The notes beneath the pieces are model-generated. The model did not search any database, was not told where the DNA came from, and saw nothing but the letters and a program-made list of their open reading frames with translations. This document shows, in pieces, positions 57,211 to 64,000 of a DNA stretch of 64,000 nt (position 1 is its first letter; each line of letters starts with the position of its first letter). Made by a program: the position numbers and the translations under genes. Location: contig CBDASZ010000001.1 of NCBI GenBank assembly GCA_965199755.1, positions 256,001 to 320,000 on the forward strand, in the 5' to 3' direction. Origin of the DNA: an uncultured candidatus Porisulfidus sp. GTDB taxonomy: Bacteria; Pseudomonadota; Gammaproteobacteria; Poriferisulfidales; Poriferisulfidaceae.

Positions 57211-57803
57211 GCGAGGAATCCGGCGTGCTGCAGGAGTTGGCGGCAGGCAGTTTCATTTGGCAGCGCGAAGGCGCGTTGTCACCTGAGCAGTGTGAGTCTT
57301 TAATCGCGCGTTTTGAGGTGCACCCGGACAAGGTGGCAGGCCGCGCCGGTGCCGAGACGCGGCACCAGCCCGAACTCAAGCGTTCCACCGATCTGGTGCT
57401 GCATGGCGATGAGTGGGAGGACGCTGACCAGTGGTTGTTTGCGTCTCTGTCTGGCGCGATGCGGGAATTACGCCAGAGTTATCCGTATTTTCGCGGGCGG
57501 TTCAAGGACCAGGGCTATGCGATCCAGCGCACTGAGCCCGGTGAGTACTATCACTGGCACGTGGATGCCGACAGCACGGCGTTGGCGTCACGACAACTGG
57601 TCGCGATTTGGTATCTCAACGATGTGCCGGCTCCCGGCGGGGAGACGGAGTTTCTGCATCAGGGTGTCGCGGTGTCGCCGCGGGCGGGGCGTTTGATCCT
57701 GTTTCCGCCGTTCTGGACGCATCAGCATCGCGGGGTGACGGTGCGCGACGGGGTCAAGTACATCGCCACGACTTGGATTGTGTTTGCTGATTCGGAGAGA
57801 TAA
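57207..57803 (+). CDS. 2OG-Fe(II) oxygenase (prolyl-4-hydroxylase-like)
   Basis: WHVD (HxD), WYLND, GGETEF, THQHRG, KY. Confidence 0.9.
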   Translation: MSEESGVLQELAAGSFIWQREGALSPEQCESLIARFEVHPDKVAGRAGAETRHQPELKRSTDLVLHGDEWEDADQWLFASLSGAMRELRQSYPYFRGRFKDQGYAIQRTEPGEYYHWHVDADSTALASRQLVAIWYLNDVPAPGGETEFLHQGVAVSPRAGRLILFPPFWTHQHRGVTVRDGVKYIATTWIVFADSER

Positions 57804-57836
57804 TCCGCTATATTTATAGGAGAGAAATAAACACCT

Positions 57837-58826
57837 TTGCCTCACGCCATGTCTGCCGTATCATTTGACTCTGTCCGTGACCAGGTAGTGGTGGTGGGTA
57901 AACGATCTCTGACATGGTTCGCGGCGCTGTGGGCGCGGCTGTATGCCAGCAGCGAACGGAGCTGTGACTGGGCCAGTGAGCGTCTGGTGAGATGGCTGGC
58001 TCGGGAGAGCCGCAAGCCCGGTGCGCACTCGCCAATTAATTTCGAACATCTTCAGAAAGAGGCGCGCATGGGCGATGTGCTGCTGGTCGAAGGGCGCACG
58101 CAGGTGTCGCGCGCGGTGCGCGCTATCACGCACAGCATCTGGACGCATTCGGCGCTGGTGATTGGCACGCTGGATGAGTTGCGCGACCCGGCCCTGCGCG
58201 CGATCGCGCGAGGCTATCTGAATGAGGATGAATTGAAAGCGCCACTGGTGGTGGAATCCGAACTCGGCCGCGGCACCGTGGTCTCCTCAATCCTGCGCTA
58301 TCGCGATGCCCATTTGCGTCTGTGTCGGCCGATTGGCTTGATGGAGCATGACGCCCGTCGCGTCGCCACCTTCGCCATGTTGCATGTGGGGACGGAATAC
58401 GATGTGCGACATATTCTGGATCTGGCCCGCTTTCTGGTACCGTGGTGGTGGATTATTCCGCGGCGTTGGCATTCCTCCTTGTTTGAGCACAACCATCAGG
58501 ATCCGACCCGGCAGATCTGTTCGACCATGATCGCGCGCGCGTTCAGTCGGGTGCGCTTTCCGGTGTGCGCGCTGATTGTCGAGCGCGAGGGCAAACTGAG
58601 TCTGCTGAGGCGCAATTCCCGATTGGTCACACCGAGCGAATTCGACCAGTCACCGTACTTCGCGGTGATCAAGTACCCGTTGATGGGTGACGATGATCTG
58701 GGTTTCTACCGGACACTGCCGTGGTCGGATGAAGGCCCGGTGGTGGAGCAGTTGGAAGAGTATCTGGATGACTTGCAGGTTCGGCGCGTGCGGTTGGAAG
58801 ACACGGTGCAGGACGGGGCGGGATGA
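57837..58826 (+). CDS. YiiX/YebB-like permuted papain-like (NlpC/P60) amidase
   Basis: GDVLLVEG, WTHSAL (His) precedes ICSTMIA (Cys); G.EYD; VTPSEFD. Confidence 0.82.
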   Translation: MPHAMSAVSFDSVRDQVVVVGKRSLTWFAALWARLYASSERSCDWASERLVRWLARESRKPGAHSPINFEHLQKEARMGDVLLVEGRTQVSRAVRAITHSIWTHSALVIGTLDELRDPALRAIARGYLNEDELKAPLVVESELGRGTVVSSILRYRDAHLRLCRPIGLMEHDARRVATFAMLHVGTEYDVRHILDLARFLVPWWWIIPRRWHSSLFEHNHQDPTRQICSTMIARAFSRVRFPVCALIVEREGKLSLLRRNSRLVTPSEFDQSPYFAVIKYPLMGDDDLGFYRTLPWSDEGPVVEQLEEYLDDLQVRRVRLEDTVQDGAG

Positions 58827-61276
58827 TGGATATGCTGTCGGGTCTGCTGGCGCAAGTGTTCTTCCTGGTCTTGCTGCTGGGCGGCTGGGTGGTGATTACG
58901 CTCCACGCCGAGACTCCGCGGATCTGGCTGCTGAGTTCCGCGCTGGCGCTGCTGCTGTGGATGATTACCTCAGGGGCGTCGGGGCTGTGGTGGCTGTTGG
59001 TGCTGTTGTTATGGGCGGCACCGGTGTTGTTGTGGGGCGTGCCGGAGTTGCGCCAGAGTCTGATTACGCAACCGCTGTGGCGGCACATGCGCAAGGCTTT
59101 ACCGCCGTTATCCGAGACCGAGCGCGAGGCGCTGGAGGCTGGGCAGGAAGGCTGGGAGGCGGCGTTGTTCGCAGGCTCCGCGCCGTGGTCGAGTTTGTTG
59201 CGCGGTGAGGATGCGCCGCTGGATGCGCGAGAACAGGAATTTCTGGATGGTCCGGTCGCGCAGTTGTGCGCGATGCTGGATGACTGGCGAATTTCAACGC
59301 AGGATTTGGATCTTCCGCCTGCGGTGTGGGCGAAGTTGCGTGAGGATCGCTTCTTCGGCATGGTGATTCCGCAGCGCTACGACGGTCTGGAGTTCTCCGC
59401 GCGGGCGCATTCCGAAGTGGTCATGAAGATTGCCGCGCGCAGTGTGACGGCGGCGGTCACGGTGATGGTGCCGAACTCGCTGGGTCCGGGCAAGTTGTTA
59501 TTGCGCTATGGCACGGATGCGCAGAAAGAACGTTATCTGTCGGCGCTCGCGTGCGGCGAGCAGACGCCGTGTTTCGGTTTGACTGGCCCACGTGCGGGTT
59601 CGGACGCCGCGTCCTTGCGTGATATCGGCGTCGTGTGCATGCAAGAGGTTGATGGCGAGGAAGTACTGGGCATTCGTCTGAACTGGGAGAAGCGCTACAT
59701 CACGCTGGCACCAGTGGCGACCTTGATCGGATTGGCGTTTCGTCTGTACGACCCGGACGGCCTGCTGGGTGAGGAGCGGGATCTGGGCATTACGCTGGCG
59801 CTGGTGCCGGCGGATACGCCGGGAGTGGAGATTGGACGGCGGCATTTGCCGATGCAGGTGCCGTTTATGAATGGGCCGATTGTTGGACGCGACGTGTTCG
59901 TGCCTTTGGAGCAAGTGATTGGTGAGCGTGAGGGCGTAGGGCGCGGTTGGGAGATGTTGATGGCATGTCTCGGTGAAGGTCGCGCGATTTCGCTGCCGGC
60001 GCTGTCGGTGGCGGCGGCCAAGCATGCGGTGCGGCAAACCGGTGCGTACGCCGCGGTGCGTCGCCAGTTCTCCTTGCCGCTGGCGCGTTTCGAGGGGGTG
60101 CAGGAAGCGCTGGCGCGGATTGCTGGAAATGCTTATTTAATGGATGCGGTGCGTGTGGAAATAGCGCGGCTGGAGCAGCGTGAGGAATGCTCTTCGGTGG
60201 CGTCCGCCATTGCCAAGCAGCAGTTGACGGAACGTATGCGACAAGTGGTCAATGACAGTATGGATGTGCATGCTGGCGCGGGCATTTGTTCAGGGCCGCG
60301 CAATCCGGTGTCGCGACTGTATCAGGCCGCCCCGATTGCGATCACGGTGGAAGGCGCGAATATTCTGACGCGCAACATGATTATTTTCGGACAGGGCCTG
60401 ATGCGCTGTCATCCGCATCTGCTCGATGAGATGCGCTGCCTGCAGGCAGAGGATGCGGAACTTGCGGTGCAGGAGTTTGACGCTTTGCTATGTCGTCATG
60501 CGGGAGGCACGGTGCGCAATCTGTGCCGCTTGCTGGCGCTGAACTGGAGTGGGGCGCGCTATCCCGACTCCGGCGTGCCGGGACCGTTCCGGGCGCTGGC
60601 GCGACAAAGTATGTGCTTCGCCTGGGTGGTGGATGTCATGCTGCTGCGTTACGGCGGTTCACTCAAGCGGCGCGAACGGCTGTCGGCGCGACTGGCGGAC
60701 ATGCTCTCAGCGTTGTATCTGGCAGTGTGCGTGATGCGGCGTCATACGGCATTGGGAGAGCCGAAAGAAGACCTCCCCTTGCGTGACTGGGCACTTAAGG
60801 AATGCCAGCGCGACTTTGAGGGCGCGCTCACTGATCTGATCGACAATCTGGAGGACTGCGCCTTGCGGGTGGCGTTGCGACTCACCCGAATGCACATCGG
60901 TGGCGGCGCGGCGTCTTCGGCGGATGCGCTGGATTCGAAGGTGGCGGCGCTGATGGCGGCACCAGGGCCAGCGCGTGAGCGCCTGTGCGCGGGTCTTCCT
61001 GATCTGGCGGAGGGGACGTTGGGTGCCAAACTGGAGCAGGCGTTCGCGGCGGAAGTGGAGTTGGAACCCGTGCGTCGGGCTTTGCGCGAGGCGATGCGTT
61101 CTGGCGCGGTGCGGGAGGATGAGACCTTGAGCGAATTGCAGCAGGCGGTGAAGTGCGGCGCGGTGACTGCTGATCAGGCGGAGCAGTTGCGGGAAGTGGA
61201 AGAATGGCTGGATGATATTCTCGCGGTGGATGCGTTTGAGCCGGGTGAGTTGTCGCGCGAGCGTGCGGATTCATGA
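58823..61276 (+). CDS. fadE: Acyl-CoA dehydrogenase FadE
   Basis: N-terminal TMs; MVPNSLGPG, CFGLT.P.AGSDA, GRAISLP, ITVEGANILTR. Confidence 0.94.
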   Translation: MMDMLSGLLAQVFFLVLLLGGWVVITLHAETPRIWLLSSALALLLWMITSGASGLWWLLVLLLWAAPVLLWGVPELRQSLITQPLWRHMRKALPPLSETEREALEAGQEGWEAALFAGSAPWSSLLRGEDAPLDAREQEFLDGPVAQLCAMLDDWRISTQDLDLPPAVWAKLREDRFFGMVIPQRYDGLEFSARAHSEVVMKIAARSVTAAVTVMVPNSLGPGKLLLRYGTDAQKERYLSALACGEQTPCFGLTGPRAGSDAASLRDIGVVCMQEVDGEEVLGIRLNWEKRYITLAPVATLIGLAFRLYDPDGLLGEERDLGITLALVPADTPGVEIGRRHLPMQVPFMNGPIVGRDVFVPLEQVIGEREGVGRGWEMLMACLGEGRAISLPALSVAAAKHAVRQTGAYAAVRRQFSLPLARFEGVQEALARIAGNAYLMDAVRVEIARLEQREECSSVASAIAKQQLTERMRQVVNDSMDVHAGAGICSGPRNPVSRLYQAAPIAITVEGANILTRNMIIFGQGLMRCHPHLLDEMRCLQAEDAELAVQEFDALLCRHAGGTVRNLCRLLALNWSGARYPDSGVPGPFRALARQSMCFAWVVDVMLLRYGGSLKRRERLSARLADMLSALYLAVCVMRRHTALGEPKEDLPLRDWALKECQRDFEGALTDLIDNLEDCALRVALRLTRMHIGGGAASSADALDSKVAALMAAPGPARERLCAGLPDLAEGTLGAKLEQAFAAEVELEPVRRALREAMRSGAVREDETLSELQQAVKCGAVTADQAEQLREVEEWLDDILAVDAFEPGELSRERADS

Positions 61277-62565
61277 GTGATGCGTGCACAGTCTATGTAG
61301 TCGATGGTCGGCGTACGCCGATCCTGAAAGCGCGCGGGGTTCCCGGACCGTTTAAGGCCAGCGATCTGGCGGTGTCTTGCGCGCGCGACTTGCTGTTGCG
61401 CTATGCCCACATTCGCGGCGACATTGATGAGAGCATCTGGGGCTGCGTGATGCCGGCTGCGGACGAGACCAATATTGCGCGCGTGATCAGTTTGCGCCTT
61501 GGGATAGACGCGAGTGTGCCTGCGCACACAGTGCAGCGCAACTGTGCTTCCGGCTTACAGGCGCTGGATGCGGCCGCGCAACAGATAAGACATGGGTATG
61601 CGGATCTGGTGCTGGCGGGCGGCACCGAGTCGATGAGTCATTTCCCGTTGCTGGCGCGACCGCAATATGCGCGGTGGCTTGCCGCACTGTATCGGGCGCG
61701 AGGCCCGTGGGCATGGCTTGGGGCCGCACGGCGATTTCGACTCTCCATGCTGAAACCGATCATTGGATTGCAACAGGGGCTGTGTGATCCGGTGGTTGGA
61801 TTGAACATGGGCGAGACGGCGGAAGAAATCGCGCATCTGCTGCAGATTCCTCGCGCGGCCATGGATCAGTTCGCGCTGGAGAGTCACGAACTCGCGGCGC
61901 GCGCCCAGCAAACCGGAATATTTGAAGACGAGATCGCGCCGCTGTACGACACGCGCGGCAAGGCATACGTGCACGATGACGGCGTGCGGGTGGATACGTC
62001 ACTGGCGCAACTTGAGCAGCTCAAGCCGGTGTTTGATCGGGTCTCCGGCGCGGTGACGGCGGGCAACAGCGCGCAGATCAGTGATGGCGCGGCGGCCTTG
62101 CTGTTGGCGTCTCGGGACGCGGTCGAGCGTCATCGTCTGCCGACTCTGGGCATGCTGCATCAGGTTCGTTGGGCCGGACTGGAGCCGCGCATCATGGGCT
62201 TGGGGCCGGTGCATGCGATGCGCGATCTGCTGGAGGACGCCGAACTCAAGGTGGCGGACATTGACTGCTTCGAAATCAATGAGGCGTTCGCCGCGCAAGT
62301 GCTGGGCTGTCTGGAAGCCTGGCGCAGCGAGTGGTATCAGAGCGAACAGTTGGGTCGGGATGACTGCATGGAGCCGATCGAGAAAGACCGCCTGAATCCG
62401 CATGGCGGCAGCATCGCGGTGGGTCATCCGGTAGGTATGTCCGGCGCGCGCATTGTGCTGCATCTGCTGAAGCACCTCAAGCGCATGGGCGGGCGTTACG
62501 GGGTGGCTAGTTTGTGCATTGGCGGCGGTCAGGGTGGGGCCGCGCTGCTGGAGCGTGCGTCATGA
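61273..62565 (+). CDS. 3-ketoacyl-CoA thiolase (FadI/FadA type)
   Basis: QRNCASG, TAGNSAQISDGA, EINEAFA, GHPVG, SLCIGGGQG. Confidence 0.94.
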   Translation: MSDACTVYVVDGRRTPILKARGVPGPFKASDLAVSCARDLLLRYAHIRGDIDESIWGCVMPAADETNIARVISLRLGIDASVPAHTVQRNCASGLQALDAAAQQIRHGYADLVLAGGTESMSHFPLLARPQYARWLAALYRARGPWAWLGAARRFRLSMLKPIIGLQQGLCDPVVGLNMGETAEEIAHLLQIPRAAMDQFALESHELAARAQQTGIFEDEIAPLYDTRGKAYVHDDGVRVDTSLAQLEQLKPVFDRVSGAVTAGNSAQISDGAAALLLASRDAVERHRLPTLGMLHQVRWAGLEPRIMGLGPVHAMRDLLEDAELKVADIDCFEINEAFAAQVLGCLEAWRSEWYQSEQLGRDDCMEPIEKDRLNPHGGSIAVGHPVGMSGARIVLHLLKHLKRMGGRYGVASLCIGGGQGGAALLERAS

Positions 62566-64000
62566 ATCAGTGGCGGCACTGGCAACTGGACTGGGACGAG
62601 ACGCGCATCGTCTACTTAATACTGAAGGTGGAGGACCGTTCGGCCAATGTGCTGCATCAGGGCGTCCTTGGAGAATTGAATGAAGTGATGGAGTGGTTGG
62701 CGGAGGTCGAGCCGCACGCGGTGGTGGTCAGCACGCAACCGAGGGATTCGTTTGCGCTGGGCGCGGACGTGGCTGAATTTGAGCAGTTGCAAGGAAAGGA
62801 GCAGGTGCTGGGAATGGTGCGCGCCGGCCAAGCGGTGTTTGAGCGCTGGAGCGCGCAGAAATTCCCAACAGTGGCGGCTATACGCGGCTATTGTCTCGGC
62901 GGCGGGCTGGAGTTCGCGCTGGCCTGTGATTACCGACTGGTGGAGGACAGCCCGGACGTGCGTCTGGGCTTGCCGGAAGTGCTGCTGGGCATTCATCCGG
63001 GCTATGGCGGTACCGTGCGGCTGCCACCGTTGATTGGCGATTTCGCGGCGCTCAAGATGATGCTGTCGGGCAAGACGGTATCCGCCTCTGCCGCGGCCGC
63101 TTTAGGTTTGGTGGATGCGGTGGTGCCGGGGCGGCAGTTGTTGCCGCGCGCCTTGCAGTTGCTGCAGGAGCCAAAGCGACGCGCGGCACGCGCGCGCTGG
63201 TACCAGCGCTGTCCTCATCTGTCCATGTTGCGGCGATTGCTGAGCATTCCGTACGCACGAGCGACGCGCAGTCGGGCGCGCCCGGAACACTACCCGGCCC
63301 CGTATCAGTTGCTGCGGCTTTGGCAGCGCCTTGCGCGCAACCCGACCCGCGCGCTAGAGGCCGAGGCGAACTCCATAGCCGAACTGGTGGACTCATCAGC
63401 GAGTCGGCAGTTGGTGCGGGTGTTTCTGCTGCGAGAGCGACTCAAGCGTCAGTACGCGGACGGGGAACGGGTCCAGCAGTTGCATGTGGTGGGCGGGGGT
63501 GTGATGGGTGGTGACATCGCGGCGTGGTGCGCACTGCGCGGTCTTCGGGTTACGCTGCAAGATACTGACCCTGAGCGATTGGCCGCGGCGATGGTGCGGG
63601 CGCACAAGTTATTCGCACGATACAAGCATCTTCAACGCGACGCCTGGGATCGGCTGCAGCCGGATGTGGAGGGTTGCGGCGCGGCGAGCGCTCAGTTGGT
63701 GATTGAGGCGATCCCTGAAGATCTGGAACTCAAGCAGGAGTTGTACCGCTGGCTGGAGGAGCGCATGTCCCCGAATGCGATTCTGGCCACCAACACGTCG
63801 AGTCTGCCGCTCGAGGCGCTGGCCGCTGGGTTGCAGAGGCCAGAGCGACTGATCGGCGTGCACTTTTTCAATCCGGTGGCGCGCATGCCGCTGGTTGAAC
63901 TGATTCATCACTGCGAAGGACAAGAGGAGCTGCTGGCGCGCGCCGGACGTTTTGTGCGGCAGATCAATCGCATCAGCGTGGTGGTGCGTTCATCGCCGGG
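62562..64000 (+). CDS. Multifunctional enoyl-CoA hydratase / 3-hydroxyacyl-CoA dehydrogenase (FadJ/FadB type), runs off window end
   Basis: Manual translation from ATG 62562: MNQWRHW...FALGADV...CLGGGLEFALAC...GLPEVLLGIHPG...VVGGGVMGGDIA...ATNTSSL...HFFNPV. Confidence 0.93.
   Translation, partial: MNQWRHWQLDWDETRIVYLILKVEDRSANVLHQGVLGELNEVMEWLAEVEPHAVVVSTQPRDSFALGADVAEFEQLQGKEQVLGMVRAGQAVFERWSAQKFPTVAAIRGYCLGGGLEFALACDYRLVEDSPDVRLGLPEVLLGIHPGYGGTVRLPPLIGDFAALKMMLSGKTVSASAAAALGLVDAVVPGRQLLPRALQLLQEPKRRAARARWYQRCPHLSMLRRLLSIPYARATRSRARPEHYPAPYQLLRLWQRLARNPTRALEAEANSIAELVDSSASRQLVRVFLLRERLKRQYADGERVQQLHVVGGGVMGGDIAAWCALRGLRVTLQDTDPERLAAAMVRAHKLFARYKHLQRDAWDRLQPDVEGCGAASAQLVIEAIPEDLELKQELYRWLEERMSPNAILATNTSSLPLEALAAGLQRPERLIGVHFFNPVARMPLVELIHHCEGQEELLARAGRFVRQINRISVVVRSSP

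Noticed and set aside
1-64000. CRISPR arrays, rRNA, IS elements, prophage
   Set aside because: No repeat-spacer periodicity, rRNA-like segment, transposase or phage structural gene was recognised by eye.

Overview
Chromosomal window from a sulfur-oxidising gammaproteobacterium; the taxonomy is inferred from gene content. (1) Housekeeping genes on the minus strand: uvrD (partial), ubiB, ispA, a ubiK-like gene, ubiE, DUF971, xerC, DUF484, dapF and rpe. (2) These are interrupted by a 9.5-kb, fully translationally coupled nine-gene envelope operon on the plus strand. It encodes a MotA/TolQ/ExbB channel, two ExbD/MotB-like single-TM proteins each fused to a coiled coil and a VWA domain, a GspL/PilM-like cytoplasmic protein, a membrane-anchored PEGA + FGE/SUMF1-fold protein, a TPR-PEGA protein, an outer-membrane lipoprotein, a very long disordered exported protein and a small exported peptide. 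This is the best candidate for an undescribed system. (3) An alpha-carbonic anhydrase, an O-methyltransferase, an acetolactate synthase-like enzyme, tRNA-Arg and tRNA-Val. (4) A SoxCD-less soxXYZAKB cluster with GlcG/HbpS-like and SoxW-like genes, converging on the reverse-Dsr operon dsrABEFHCMKLJOPN, which ends in a coupled beta-barrel gene. (5) An AT-rich tandem pair of HsdR_N/PD-(D/E)xK nucleases with SeqA-C-like tails, then a cysteine-less DsrC/TusE paralogue. (6) ilvD, ppx, ppk1, ispB, two small conserved hypotheticals, tRNA-Phe, pip, a lipid A acyltransferase and decayed toxin-antitoxin genes. (7) acs, a Sfum_1244-like gene, a 2OG-Fe(II) oxygenase, a YiiX-like amidase and fadE-fadI-fadJ (partial). 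I saw no CRISPR array, rRNA, transposase or phage genes. All family calls come from motif recognition by eye; no searches were run.
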